Shown: positions 39,067 through 49,547 of the stretch, piece by piece | Layout of the letters: every line of letters starts with the position of its first letter | Position numbering within the stretch: the stretch's first letter is position 1 | Assembly: GCA_963769935.1 (NCBI GenBank) | Contig: CAVYNY010000020.1 | Span: 160,001 to 224,000, forward strand | Reading direction: 5' to 3' | DNA: 64,000 nucleotides | DNA from: an uncultured delta proteobacterium | GTDB lineage: Bacteria > Desulfobacterota > Desulfobacteria > Desulfobacterales > JAFDCJ01 | Translations under genes and position numbers: made by a program | Notes under the pieces: model-generated | What the model was told of the DNA's origin: nothing | What the model saw: only the letters and a program-made list of their open reading frames with translations | Databases searched by the model: none

Positions 39067-41196
39067 TTGATGGGTTCTGAAACAGTGGTCGAGGTCGAAA
39101 ACCTTTCCATTGCCTATGACACCCGCAGAGGTGAGGTCGAAGCGGTGCGGGATGTCTCCTTTGTGGTCAAGGAAGGCGAAACGGTCGGCCTGGTGGGAGA
39201 ATCCGGCTGCGGCAAAAGTACCATCGCCTATGGAATGGTCAACTTTCTGGGACCCAACGGCAAGATTACCCATGGCCAGATCCGCTTTCAGGGGCAAGAG
39301 CTTGTCGGTCGCTCCCAGGCGGAACTTAAAAAGCTCCGAGGCAACCGGATTGCCATGGTGTTTCAGGATCCCATGCAGGCCCTGAACCCCTCCCTCAAAC
39401 TGGGTGCGCAGCTGGCCGAAGTACTGACCTGTCACCAGGCCGTAACCTGGGAAGAAGCTTGGCAGCGCTCGATTGAGATGTTGCAGCGGGTGAACATGCC
39501 CGATCCCCAGGAGGTCATGAACCGCTACACCCATCAGATCTCCGGCGGACAGCAGCAGCGGGTGGTCATCGCCATGGCGATGCTCAACAATCCGGCCCTG
39601 CTGATCATGGATGAACCCACCACGGCCTTGGACGTGACCGTGGAAGCTGCCGTGCTGGATTTGATCGAGGAACTCAAGGCGGATTTTCGGGCGGCCAATA
39701 TTTTTATTACCCACAACCTGGGCGTGGTCGCCCGGGTCAGCGATCAACTTTGCGTGATGTATGCCGGCCAGATGGTGGAAAAGGGCCCCGTCTCAGAGAT
39801 TTTCCGCAACCCCAGTCATCCTTATACCATCGGGCTCTTAGGCTCCGTACCGCGCCTGGGACAGGACAAGTCCGGATCGGTCCTCGAGCCCATTCGCGGG
39901 CGCGTGCCGCCGCCGGCGAGACGACCAAAAGACGAGTGTATATTTGCGCCGCGCTGTGACTACGCCACCGACACATGCCGCCAGGGGATGCCTCCCTTTG
40001 TGGCGGTCAGCCCCCAGCATACCGCACGCTGTATTTACGCCCTCGAAATTGATTCCCGCCAGCGCACCCGGAAGCGGCCCCAAGCATTGAAACCATCGGC
40101 CAGGACTCAAGATTCGCAGCAAGACCTGCTCAAGTTTGAACATCTCAAGGTCTATTATCCCCAGGAATCCAACTCGGTTGCCAGTCTTTTTGGCATGGGT
40201 GAAAAGAAATATGTCAAAGCTGTCGATGATGTCAGTGTCGGAGTGGCCAAAGGCCGAACCCTTGGGGTGGTGGGTGAATCAGGCTGCGGTAAATCATCCC
40301 TCGTCAAGGGGTTGATCGGTCTGGAGCCGATAACCGGCGGCGACGTGCATTTTATGGGTATCGACAACACCATGCCGGTAACACAGCGCGATACCAACCT
40401 CATTAAAGAAATGCAGATGGTCTTCCAGAACCCCGATTCCACCCTCAACCCCTCTTATACGGTCGGCTCCCAGATCGCCCGGCCCATTCGGCGCTTCAAG
40501 ATCGTACCCAGAAATCAGGTCAGGGACGAAGTAATCAGACTTCTCAAGGCGGTGCGTCTTTCGCCGACCTTCTACGATCGACTTCCCCGCCAACTCAGCG
40601 GGGGTGAAAAACAGCGGATCGGGATTGCCCGCGCATTGGCCTGTCGTCCCGATTTGATCATCTGTGATGAGCCGGTTTCGGCCCTGGATGTTTCGGTTCA
40701 GGCCGCGATCATCAATCTTTTGCTGGAAATTCAACAGATGTTCGGCTCTTCCATGATTTTTATCGCTCATGACCTGAGCGTGGTGCGTTTTTTCTCGGAC
40801 GATATCGCGGTTATGTATCTGGGACAGATTGTGGAAATCGGTCCGGCCGATGCCATCTATATGCCACCGTATCATCCTTACACCGAAGCACTGCTTTCGG
40901 CGGTTCCCATCCCGGATCCGGATGTCAGGCAAAAAGAGCTTCGTCTCAGCGGCAACGTGCCCAGCGCCCTTAATCCGCCCGCGGGATGCCGCTTTCATAC
41001 CCGCTGTCCGCGGCGCCGGTCAATGCTCCCGGACGGCGGCAAAATCTGTGAAACCGAAATTCCACCCTGGCGCACACGGGATAGAAATCATCGGATATTT
41101 TGCCATATTCCGCTGGAGGAGTTATGCAAGATCGACCCGGTTGTAAAAGTAAAAAGAGCCGACGGTGACTATAGCCGTGTTCCAAATGAGATTTAG
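39067..41196 (+). CDS. Fused DppD/DppF ABC ATP-binding protein
   Basis: Two GESGCGKS motifs, SGGQQQR and SGGEKQR, two HPYT + C..RC oligopeptide-type tails. Confidence 0.93.
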   Translation: MMGSETVVEVENLSIAYDTRRGEVEAVRDVSFVVKEGETVGLVGESGCGKSTIAYGMVNFLGPNGKITHGQIRFQGQELVGRSQAELKKLRGNRIAMVFQDPMQALNPSLKLGAQLAEVLTCHQAVTWEEAWQRSIEMLQRVNMPDPQEVMNRYTHQISGGQQQRVVIAMAMLNNPALLIMDEPTTALDVTVEAAVLDLIEELKADFRAANIFITHNLGVVARVSDQLCVMYAGQMVEKGPVSEIFRNPSHPYTIGLLGSVPRLGQDKSGSVLEPIRGRVPPPARRPKDECIFAPRCDYATDTCRQGMPPFVAVSPQHTARCIYALEIDSRQRTRKRPQALKPSARTQDSQQDLLKFEHLKVYYPQESNSVASLFGMGEKKYVKAVDDVSVGVAKGRTLGVVGESGCGKSSLVKGLIGLEPITGGDVHFMGIDNTMPVTQRDTNLIKEMQMVFQNPDSTLNPSYTVGSQIARPIRRFKIVPRNQVRDEVIRLLKAVRLSPTFYDRLPRQLSGGEKQRIGIARALACRPDLIICDEPVSALDVSVQAAIINLLLEIQQMFGSSMIFIAHDLSVVRFFSDDIAVMYLGQIVEIGPADAIYMPPYHPYTEALLSAVPIPDPDVRQKELRLSGNVPSALNPPAGCRFHTRCPRRRSMLPDGGKICETEIPPWRTRDRNHRIFCHIPLEELCKIDPVVKVKRADGDYSRVPNEI

Positions 41197-41204
41197 AAAA
41201 CTCG

Positions 41205-41440
41205 GATAAATCCCAAATTCAAAAGCTCAAATCCGAAACAGTCTCCAAAATTCGATGACTTAATCCGATCCGCTTGTCTCTGACTTTCAACATTCGCTCT
41301 GAGTTCAAATCAAGGAAACACACCCTCGGCCTAAGCTCGGGTCGAATGCTTGCGATAGGCCAAAACTTGTTTGGAGCATTGGTGCTTTGAATTTGGATTT
41401 TGTTTGTTATTTGTGATTTGGAGCTTGTAATTTTCTATTT
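41205..41440. repeat. Short-period degenerate inverted repeat; related element at 42017-42232, the two flanking usp
   Basis: aaatcccaaattc...ttggagcattggtgctttgaatttgga..ttgtttgttatttgtgatttggagctt. Confidence 0.6.
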
Positions 41441-41515
41441 TCAAAGATTCTGGTTAGATATCCTGTTCTACTTGTTTTATTTCATTCCCGGGACGCCGCA
41501 CCAGAATCGAACCCA

Positions 41516-41908
41516 TCAAGTAACCGTGATAACCGGGCAGGGAGCGCTCAGGATGACAAACTGAGCATTGGAACCGAACACCAATTTGCCGACTTTCGAC
41601 CTTTTTTTCACTCCGATAACGATTTCGTCAATGTTGTTGTCCTGCGCAAACTCAACCAGATATTCCCCGGGGCTGAGAAAGCTGACCGATGCGCTGGTTT
41701 CGCAAACAAGATCATTGATGTTATGGGTTCTTTTTAATTTCTCCAGTTTGTCTTCGGCCGCTTCGATATCATCTTTTTGCAGCTGGGGGCTTTGTTCCAG
41801 GACGGTAACGATAAATAAATCGGCATTAAAAGCTCTGGCTTGTTGCAAGGCGACCTGCAAAGCTTCCTCAGCTACCTTGGATTCTTCATAACCCACTAAA
41901 ATCTTCAT
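41516..41908 (-). CDS. Universal stress protein
   Basis: KILVGY, IVIGVKKRSKVGKLVFGSNAQ..CPV. Confidence 0.92.
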   Translation of the reverse strand: MKILVGYEESKVAEEALQVALQQARAFNADLFIVTVLEQSPQLQKDDIEAAEDKLEKLKRTHNINDLVCETSASVSFLSPGEYLVEFAQDNNIDEIVIGVKKRSKVGKLVFGSNAQFVILSAPCPVITVT

Positions 41909-42342
41909 TTTGACCTCCCTTGCCTATATAATGAAACCTATCGAAATTAAGGTGGCTGTCGTGTCAAATCGCCTGAAGCTAAAAAATTAGGAGCAATGCA
42001 TAGCCGGCAGAGTATAAATTCCAAATTCCAAGCACCAAATAACAAATAAATCTCAAATTACAATAATCAATGACCGAAGCCGGCCAAACCAAGAGAATCC
42101 GGCTGGTTACTTTTTCCGTGCACTCTTTATTGTCAGAAGCGGTGACCAAAACAGATGCAGTCCGGTTTGGAATTTTAAATTTTGGTCATTGTTATTTGTT
42201 TGGAATTTGCTATTTGGAATTTGTGATTTTAATATAAGCCGGCCCTGAAAACGGAATAAATTATGCGGCAGGTTCGCCGGCAACTCCTTATTTTCCAATT
42301 GCCTCTTTACATAGTTTACAATCCTCGCAAACGGACCAGTAT

Positions 42343-43674
42343 TCAGCCCACCGGCATCGTAATCAACGGCAGGAGCTGGCCTGCATCCGGAAGCTCCTCG
42401 CAGCGCCATAGCATCTGCTCTAAATCGGCCGCTCGTTCTTGGGGCATTTGTTCGCCGGCCAACCAGCGAAATTTTTCCCGCAGCGCCCGGTCTGTCGGCG
42501 GGCGGGTCGCTTCCCAGTTCGCTTCCACTTCACCGGAGTCAAATATTCCACCGCCCTGGGTTTCAATTTCAACACGCGCATACCGTTGAGCCGGAAACCG
42601 CGCACTATAATTTTCAAATTCGATCAGTTTCACGCAGTCACAAAGCTTTAATACTACCGGATTGGTCAGGGACTGTCCGCTGAGCTCCGAGACACCCAGG
42701 CGGCCGAACACAAGGGCCGCCGCCAGCGGAAAGGGCAGACTGTACTGCGCCTCCTCGGTGGACCGGGGGCGGCGGCAGTTTAGCCTGACAGCTTCATGAA
42801 AGGTGAAAACTCTTATCTGCCGCACCTGCTCGGGCTTTACACGGTAATTTTGCTGCAGCGCCAGGGCGGCTTCGATAGACGGCTGGGCCCAGCGGCAAAC
42901 GGCATGGGGTTTAAAATATTGTCCGGTAAATTGCCAGCTGCCGGCCAGATCATGCCATATTTCTTTGACTTCATCAGACACCACCGTCAACGCAGGGGCT
43001 CCCGTGAAACCGGCCTGTGCCAGCAGTGCGGCACTGACGCCGGCCATGGCGCCCCATCCGGAGCCGTCCTTTACCATGGTCGGATGGTCGATACAGCGCA
43101 TCATTTGAGAGCGCGGGCCATGGTACTCAGCGATCCCTAAGGCATGTGCAGTTTTCTCCCTGTCCAAACCGAGCCGCCGGGCAGTCACGGCAGCCGAACC
43201 GATGGCATTCCAGGCACCGGAGGTGTGATAATCGCAGGTGCTGGCATGCAGCGCCATGCCGGCTCGCAGAGCTATTTCATAGCCGATGACCAGAGCCGTC
43301 AGAAAGTCTTTGCCCGATTGGGCGGCCGGACTTCTCAAACCAATGGCAGCCAACAGGCTCGGCACTACGGCGGCGCCGGCATGCCCCTTGGTTAAACAAT
43401 GGCCGTCGTGGATATCCAGAGAATCGATGGTCATTCCGTTTGCCAAAGCCGCTCCCGGCGGCGAAACCAGGCGGCCGTCAAGCCACAATTGCGCGCCCTC
43501 CCCGGCGAATACCATCGCAGCGAAATCGTGAATAATCTGCGATAAGGTCGTGGCCCGGCCGCTGATGCCGGAACCCAAGGTATCCAAAAGGCATCGGCGG
43601 GCCTGATGACGAACGTTTTGCGGCAAATCGTTCCAGGTTGTTTCATGGATAAATTGAGCTACCTTGGTTTCCAT
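42343..43674 (-). CDS. MmgE/PrpD family protein
   Basis: RRCLLDTLG, ALANG..LDIHDGH..GH, IGYE, YFKPHAVCRW, AQYSLPF. Confidence 0.9.
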   Translation of the reverse strand: METKVAQFIHETTWNDLPQNVRHQARRCLLDTLGSGISGRATTLSQIIHDFAAMVFAGEGAQLWLDGRLVSPPGAALANGMTIDSLDIHDGHCLTKGHAGAAVVPSLLAAIGLRSPAAQSGKDFLTALVIGYEIALRAGMALHASTCDYHTSGAWNAIGSAAVTARRLGLDREKTAHALGIAEYHGPRSQMMRCIDHPTMVKDGSGWGAMAGVSAALLAQAGFTGAPALTVVSDEVKEIWHDLAGSWQFTGQYFKPHAVCRWAQPSIEAALALQQNYRVKPEQVRQIRVFTFHEAVRLNCRRPRSTEEAQYSLPFPLAAALVFGRLGVSELSGQSLTNPVVLKLCDCVKLIEFENYSARFPAQRYARVEIETQGGGIFDSGEVEANWEATRPPTDRALREKFRWLAGEQMPQERAADLEQMLWRCEELPDAGQLLPLITMPVG

Positions 43675-43686
43675 AGCAAATTCGCC

Positions 43687-43848
43687 TTAGGGTTCACAAA
43701 AAAATTAATTCACAGTTTTAGGCGCTGAGGCGCTCTTGCGGCAAGGCGCGAAAACGCAGGAATATCCGGATATTCCGAGCTTTCGCAACGCAGCCGCAAG
43801 AGATGCATCGGCGTATAAAATGTGAAGTTATTTCTGAGTGAGCCCTTA
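43687..43848. mobile_element. About 160-bp MITE, copy A
   Basis: AGGGTTCAC.../...GTGAGCCCT ends with TA flanks; near-identical inverted copy at 55389-55550. Confidence 0.8.
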
Positions 43849-44096
43849 GTTTGGCCTTGAAGGGAAGTAGGCAGATAGCCAGAAGGCTTGGAAGCTGGGA
43901 GGCTCAGAGGCTGGAATGCTCGAAAGCCGGTCAGGACAAAATCTCTTCTTGTTTCCGAATTTCTCAACTTCCAACCCTCACAGCCGCCAATACTCCAGGC
44001 CTGCAAGTCTTTTAGCCTGTCGACCTTCAGGCTTCACATCTTCCCAACCTCCCGACTTCTCAACTTCTCAGCTTCCCGGCCTGTCAGCCTCCCAGC

Positions 44097-45548
44097 CTAA
44101 AGCAGTATTTCATACTTTTCCCGTATCGCCTTTTCTACGTCGGCCGGGATGTAAGCTTTTTCTTCCCGGGCCAGAATTTTTTTCGCAATCTCCCGCGCCC
44201 GTGTGCGGGCATCCTGCGAACCTTTCTCCAGCCATTTTTCCCGGCTGTCCTGATCGGCAACTCCAATGCCGTTAAAATATTCCCGGCGCATATGCGTCAA
44301 CGTGTGCGGTGAAGTAATAAATGACCCGCCGGGGCCGACCTGGTTAATGGCTTCCAATGCCAGGTGTTCATCATCCACCTGGATGCCTTGCAGGACTTGG
44401 CAGCACATGCCGATAATTTCGTCATCGATAACAAACTGCTCGTAGGCGACGGCCAGCATGGACTCCAGCATGCCGGCGGCATGGTGCACAAAGTTGGAGC
44501 CACCCATGGCCGCCAGTACGGTTGTCAGCGCTTTTTCCCAGGCCGCCTGCGCGTCCGGGATTTTAGCATCGGTCAGTCCGGACGAATTATAATTCGGCAC
44601 CTTTATAAAGTGCGCCAATTGGTGGATGGCGGCATTCATCATCCCGCACTCAACCGCTCCGCCCAGGTAGCCCAGGCTGCGCAGATTGGCCCGGCCGGGA
44701 ATACCACCGTACAGGACAGGTGCTCCGGGATTGGTCAGCTGGCAAATTGTAATCCCCGCCAGCTGTTCGGCGTGAAGCTGCGCCAAAGTTCCGGCCATCG
44801 TCACCGGTGAGGTGGATCCGGCCATGGGGGCGGCCGAAAGCGCCACCGGTATTCGATTGCGCACCGCTTCCTGCATGATCAAGGTCGACTGCGTGCACAG
44901 CTTCAGGGGGCTGATCGCAAAAGAAGCGATTACCGAAATAAAAGGTTTTTCCACCAGCGCCTGCTGATTTCCGGCGATCATAGACGCCAACTCCAGGACC
45001 TTGTGAAATCCTTCTTCGTTGCCGACGCCGGCCATGACATGCTTGGCGGTGGCCTTCAGGCAGGCGAAAAATGAATTGACGTCATAGGCCGCCACGGGAA
45101 TATCGGTGGGAATGCAGGGTCGCAGGAAAAAATGGATGTTGTCCAGAGCGTCCACCAGCCGCCCCAGCCGGTACAGGTCGCTCAAAGTAGTTGGGCGGGC
45201 CTGCCCGTCTTCAAGATCCAGAATTTTAACCGCCGCCCCACCTGTGCCGAGATAGACACGGTGGCGGGTCAGATCCAGATCATTTTTTCCATCACGGCTG
45301 TACAGAATCACCTGTTCCGGAGCCAGCGCGGCCTGGGACATGACCAGCTCAGGCTTGAGAAAAATTCTTGACCGTTCTCTATCTACCGATATGCCGCGGT
45401 TTTGGAGCATGTCGATAGCGGCTTCAAGGCCGGTCTCGTATTTCATCCCGGTGCTTTCCAGGATACTTAACGCAGCCCGATGGATGGCTTCGATATCTTC
45501 AGAAGACAACGGCTTATACAACCCGCCGCTGAGGCCTTTTAATGACAT
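44097..45548 (-). CDS. MttB-superfamily corrinoid methyltransferase, non-pyrrolysine (copy 2)
   Basis: IHRAALSILE, ISPL, GSTSPVTMAG, SGLTDAKIPDAQA, HHAAGMLE, GPGG; no in-frame TAG. Confidence 0.92.
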   Translation of the reverse strand: MSLKGLSGGLYKPLSSEDIEAIHRAALSILESTGMKYETGLEAAIDMLQNRGISVDRERSRIFLKPELVMSQAALAPEQVILYSRDGKNDLDLTRHRVYLGTGGAAVKILDLEDGQARPTTLSDLYRLGRLVDALDNIHFFLRPCIPTDIPVAAYDVNSFFACLKATAKHVMAGVGNEEGFHKVLELASMIAGNQQALVEKPFISVIASFAISPLKLCTQSTLIMQEAVRNRIPVALSAAPMAGSTSPVTMAGTLAQLHAEQLAGITICQLTNPGAPVLYGGIPGRANLRSLGYLGGAVECGMMNAAIHQLAHFIKVPNYNSSGLTDAKIPDAQAAWEKALTTVLAAMGGSNFVHHAAGMLESMLAVAYEQFVIDDEIIGMCCQVLQGIQVDDEHLALEAINQVGPGGSFITSPHTLTHMRREYFNGIGVADQDSREKWLEKGSQDARTRAREIAKKILAREEKAYIPADVEKAIREKYEILL

Positions 45549-45641
45549 GCTTGACTCCTTTATAAAGGATCTTAATATACTTTTGATTCTATTGAAACCA
45601 ATTTTTGCATAGCCTTAAATACGGCGAGATGGGGGTAGAAC

Positions 45642-46541
45642 ATGCTGCTGGGGTTGCACACCTACAGTTTCTATCTGCACGGCATCGGGCAGGCCTGGGC
45701 CGATTTCAAACTGCCCTGGTCCAGGCAGATGAGCACATTTGAACTCTTCGATGCGGCGGTTGCGATGGGTCTCGACGGGCTCCATCTGGACGACGGGGTC
45801 TTGGAAACCCTCGACCCTTCCTACCTGCGGGAAGTAAAGGCGGCCGCTGAAGATCGAAAGCTTTACCTTGAGTATAACTTTTCGTTGGATATGGGCGGCA
45901 TGGGAATCGGGCTCCAGCACGATCTTGCTGAAGCCATTGCAACGACCGCGGCTTTGGGATCAGACGTCGTTAAAGTCAGCATGGATTTGAAGCGCCCGCG
46001 CCCGTTGGCCGCCAGCCGCTTCCATCCGCAGGTAAAGGCGCAGATGCAAAAAATTGCGTCCCAATTAAAGGCCGCGGCCCCGGCCGCCGAAGCTGCCGGG
46101 GTTAAGATCGCAGTCGAAAATCATTGCGACAGCTTTTCCGAGGAGATCCTCTGGCTGCTGGATCTGGTAGGCCATCCGATGGTGGGTGCCTGCATCGACA
46201 CCGTCAATGCCCTGATGGTCATGGAAGATCCCATGCAGGCTATTGCCAACCTGGCTCCGCGGGCGTTTACCAACCATTTCAGGGACGACCGGATTGAACT
46301 GCAGCGCTACGGGTTCAAACTGACGGGCGCCGCCGTCGGAGAAGGCGACATCGATATGAAAGGCGCCTACGAAATTATTAAAACCAAATCAAGCATGCGC
46401 CGCATCAACATTGAGACGGAGATGGAAATTCCGCTGGACGATATGGCGCAGGCGCTGCGCATGGAAAAGGAAACCGTTGAACGCAGCATCCGCTACTGCC
46501 GCGAAGTGCTGGGAATTAAGAGGGAAGATCGGGAGGAGTAA
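45642..46541 (+). CDS. Sugar-phosphate isomerase/epimerase-like TIM-barrel metalloenzyme
   Basis: AVENH, CIDTVN, NHFRD, GEGDID, INIE. Confidence 0.82.
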   Translation: MLLGLHTYSFYLHGIGQAWADFKLPWSRQMSTFELFDAAVAMGLDGLHLDDGVLETLDPSYLREVKAAAEDRKLYLEYNFSLDMGGMGIGLQHDLAEAIATTAALGSDVVKVSMDLKRPRPLAASRFHPQVKAQMQKIASQLKAAAPAAEAAGVKIAVENHCDSFSEEILWLLDLVGHPMVGACIDTVNALMVMEDPMQAIANLAPRAFTNHFRDDRIELQRYGFKLTGAAVGEGDIDMKGAYEIIKTKSSMRRINIETEMEIPLDDMAQALRMEKETVERSIRYCREVLGIKREDREE

Positions 46542-46558
46542 AGAATCCCGGTCCGAGG

Positions 46559-47272
46559 CTATCTGCTGCGGCATTTGTTGATTTTTTCCAGACTTGCAAG
46601 ATACAGGAAAGTATTCACCCCCGCCCAATGCCCTGCAGGAGGTTGATTCTTGTACTTGTTGTAAAAGGCGACCAGATCTTCGAAAGTATCCAGATCATTC
46701 CACCAGGGCAGCAGGTCTGATTTGACACCGAGTTTTTGGGCCTTCGCAAGGGTGTCGGACAGCACCCGCGCGGTACTCCAGGGAATATTATCAAACAGTT
46801 CCGGATGGGGTCGGCGCATGCCCACCAGATAGTAGCCGCCGTCGTGACAGGGGCCGAACACGACCTCGGTTTGATTGGACAGCAGGCGCTTGAATGATTC
46901 CCGAATTGACCAGCACGGTAAATCAGGGGTGTCGCTGTCTATAATGGAAACAGCGTCGTAGCCGCCGGCAAGTTTTTCAACGAAGATATTATTCAACCTT
47001 TCCCCCAGGTCCCGGCCTTTTTGGCAAAAAAGACCGATTCCATTCCGGCTGAACGGGACGAACACCTCCCCGGCATCCGCCGGCGTAAAAGCAATGGCCA
47101 GTTCGACCCCCCTTAAGGTGTCGAGGGTCATTAGCCGGTCCTGCAGGAAACATCGATACAGGTCGGCCGCCTCTTCGGATGTCAGGTGGGGGATGAGACG
47201 CGTCTTGACTTCGCCCGGCACCGGCGCCTTGGCAACCACGACTAAAAGCAATTTTTCGTGTTGTTTGTCCAT
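46559..47272 (-). CDS. TIGR04282-like glycosyltransferase/nucleotidyltransferase-fold protein
   Basis: AKAPVPGEVKTRL, QKGRDLGERL, DSDTP, GPCHDGGYYLVG, DLDTFEDL. Confidence 0.88.
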   Translation of the reverse strand: MDKQHEKLLLVVVAKAPVPGEVKTRLIPHLTSEEAADLYRCFLQDRLMTLDTLRGVELAIAFTPADAGEVFVPFSRNGIGLFCQKGRDLGERLNNIFVEKLAGGYDAVSIIDSDTPDLPCWSIRESFKRLLSNQTEVVFGPCHDGGYYLVGMRRPHPELFDNIPWSTARVLSDTLAKAQKLGVKSDLLPWWNDLDTFEDLVAFYNKYKNQPPAGHWAGVNTFLYLASLEKINKCRSR

Positions 47273-48279
47273 CACAGGCTCCAGCGAACGCCGCATCCCC
47301 GGCAGCATTGCGGCGGTGTTTCAGATTGATGCTGTTTTCGGAAGTTGCGGTATCCGGAACCCCACCAGATTTCTTCCAGTGATTCTTTGAAGGCATTGCC
47401 CAAAACAATGGAAGCATAATCAACCGTGGCAAACGGGGAAATGCAGCAAGGCAGCACATTGCCGTTGGCGGTGATGTACATGAGGCTTGACGGTCGATAG
47501 CACTTGATCCAGGGCAATCCGGCGGCCGCCTGTCCGCGCAGACTTTCAGCAGGCTGCGATAATCCGGAGGCGTTGAATTGGATCCGCCGTTTCACAGCCA
47601 GGGCCTGGCTTTCCTCAATCAGCGCCGCAGTCCCGGCATCGGAGTCCTGCAGGCTCTTGGAATCCCGGGCCAGCCCATGGCCGTGATCATCCTGAAAATA
47701 TACCAGCCGTTGCAGGTATACCTCTCCGATGCCGATCTCGGCTGCCAGTTTCACAAAACCCGGTAGCTCGGAAATATTGTCCCTGGTTGCCAAAAACCAC
47801 AGCGAGGGTTTGGGGTGGGTCGCCCGGTGCTGTTTTTGAAGCAATACAAAGGACCTGAGATTTTCTAAAACCTGCTCAAATTTGTCGCTGTTGCGGATTT
47901 TTTGGTATCCGATGGCCGAGGCGGCATCCAGCGAAATGCGCAGTTCGTCCAGCCCGGACCGGATGAGATCGCGCTGCATCCGGCCGCTGAGAAGTGTGCC
48001 GTTGGAATTAAACAGCACATATACATCACGCCTTTTGAGGTGCCGGATAATTTCGCGAAGCGCTGGATTTAAAAGCGGTTCTCCGATGCCGTGCAAAATG
48101 ACCTTCTCCAGTTCCGGCAGCTGGTCGGTAATCATTACGACTTCTTCTAAAGAAAGATCCCGGCTCGGCTCCCGGCGGCCGAGGTATAAAATACAGCCTT
48201 TGCATCTGAGATTGCAGCGGTTGGTCGATTCGAGGTATAAAGTTTTGGGCAGTTTCAAATTTTGATGGACCACCAGCAT
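47272..48279 (-). CDS. Radical SAM protein with SPASM/Twitch-type C-terminus (start uncertain)
   Basis: CNLRCKGC, GIGEP, SNG, ISLD, C..P..YITANGNVLPCC..CRGC. Confidence 0.88.
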   Translation of the reverse strand: MLVVHQNLKLPKTLYLESTNRCNLRCKGCILYLGRREPSRDLSLEEVVMITDQLPELEKVILHGIGEPLLNPALREIIRHLKRRDVYVLFNSNGTLLSGRMQRDLIRSGLDELRISLDAASAIGYQKIRNSDKFEQVLENLRSFVLLQKQHRATHPKPSLWFLATRDNISELPGFVKLAAEIGIGEVYLQRLVYFQDDHGHGLARDSKSLQDSDAGTAALIEESQALAVKRRIQFNASGLSQPAESLRGQAAAGLPWIKCYRPSSLMYITANGNVLPCCISPFATVDYASIVLGNAFKESLEEIWWGSGYRNFRKQHQSETPPQCCRGCGVRWSL

Positions 48280-48332
48280 ATTTTTGTTTAGATATTTAAT
48301 TGTGATTTCTTGCGCTTTATGAAAAAATAATT

Positions 48333-48452
48333 TCATCACGAAAACACGAAATATAGAAATCACGAAATTTATCTTTTAACCTTTTCGTGTTTTCGTCCTT
48401 TCGAGCTTTCGTGATAAATTCGTTCTTTTGGTTTCGCTTTGTCCGAGTTAGG
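48333..48452. repeat. CACGAAA/TTCGTG inverted-repeat element between the two rSAM genes; half copy at 21440-21472
   Basis: cacgaaaacacgaaa..cacgaaa / ttcgtgttttcgtc..ctttcgtgat. Confidence 0.65.
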
Positions 48453-48504
48453 GGTTATCGACTTACCAACTTAACAGCTCACCAGCTCATCAGCCTAAAC
48501 GTTT

Positions 48505-49506
48505 TTACACCCCTCTCACAATGGTTGTACAAATGCTTCCGGTCCGCAGCGGTTTTGCGACCGGAGATAATTGTCCCGTCAGCTTTACGGTTTGGCCTTT
48601 ATAAATCGGACAGTATTCATCGGGCGCTTCCAAACTTCCGCGCAGCCTGCGCCTGGCGGCGCATCCGCCGCCGCAGTTGCGGACGTATTCGCAGCTGGTG
48701 CAAAATTGCGGGGTGTAATGGGTTGATTGAAATTGGGGCGTATCTAAAATGGCTTCTTTTTTTTCGGCAAGGTCATCGATGGTTAGATCCGAATCAGGCC
48801 AGTAGACGCAGGCTTTCAGTTTGCCGTCCGGTGTCACCCGCAGGCTGCGGCCGCCGCAGGCCGTGCCGCTTAAACCGTTTAATCCCAAAAATGTGTTCAC
48901 CAGCGGTTCCGTAACGGAGATGATTTCACTGTGGTCGAAGAGAATTTCGTAGGCATCCCAGTACTGCTCGAAACTCGGCATAAATTTTTCGGTGTACATG
49001 GGCTGGTAGGCATTGACGCGAAAATCTACATCGAGTGAGGCTGCCAGACGCGCAATGCGGCCCAGATCCGAGCAATTGAGATTCATCAGAACCGCCAGAA
49101 TCGACACGCGGATTCCCAGTCGCTGACATCTTTCAATACCTTGCATCACCGTCTGCCAGTTTCCGGCCCCGCGAAATCGATCCTGTCGAACCTGGTCCGG
49201 AAAATCGACTGAAAACTCGACATCCTGAAAGTACTTGAGCTTCTCATCCGGCGTAATCGCCAGCGTATAACCGTTGGAGGCCAGGGTCATCTTGATGTCA
49301 CGGCTCTGCAGGTAGTCTATAATCTGGAAATATTCCGGGTTTAATCCGTTTTCACCGGTTCCGAAGCCGATGGAGCTGATCTCGAGACTGGAGCAGACTT
49401 TTTGAACATCGGCCAGCGTCAGATTATAAATCAGATCCTGATCACGGTAGCAATGGGCACAATGCAAATTGCAGTTGCTTGTCAGTCCGATTCCCAGGGA
49501 AATCAT
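48505..49506 (-). CDS. Radical SAM/SPASM domain protein
   Basis: CNLHCAHC; ACGG..TPDGKLKAC..CTSC..CGGGC..DEYC. Confidence 0.9.
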   Translation of the reverse strand: MISLGIGLTSNCNLHCAHCYRDQDLIYNLTLADVQKVCSSLEISSIGFGTGENGLNPEYFQIIDYLQSRDIKMTLASNGYTLAITPDEKLKYFQDVEFSVDFPDQVRQDRFRGAGNWQTVMQGIERCQRLGIRVSILAVLMNLNCSDLGRIARLAASLDVDFRVNAYQPMYTEKFMPSFEQYWDAYEILFDHSEIISVTEPLVNTFLGLNGLSGTACGGRSLRVTPDGKLKACVYWPDSDLTIDDLAEKKEAILDTPQFQSTHYTPQFCTSCEYVRNCGGGCAARRRLRGSLEAPDEYCPIYKGQTVKLTGQLSPVAKPLRTGSICTTIVRGV

Positions 49507-49547
49507 TTGGTTACCTCCGACCCAGATCGACTGGAAAAAAAAATTAC

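Noticed and set aside
43860..44097. 7-8-nt periodic tracts (also 10563-10616, 20070-20180, 21235-21268, 23690-23775, 24583-24615) as repeat proteins or ncRNA
   Set aside because: Degenerate low-complexity intergenic repeats with no credible start or motif
30704..45548. Pyrrolysine read-through in the MttB genes
   Set aside because: Both frames are fully open, with Cys or Leu at the Pyl-equivalent position and no in-frame TAG
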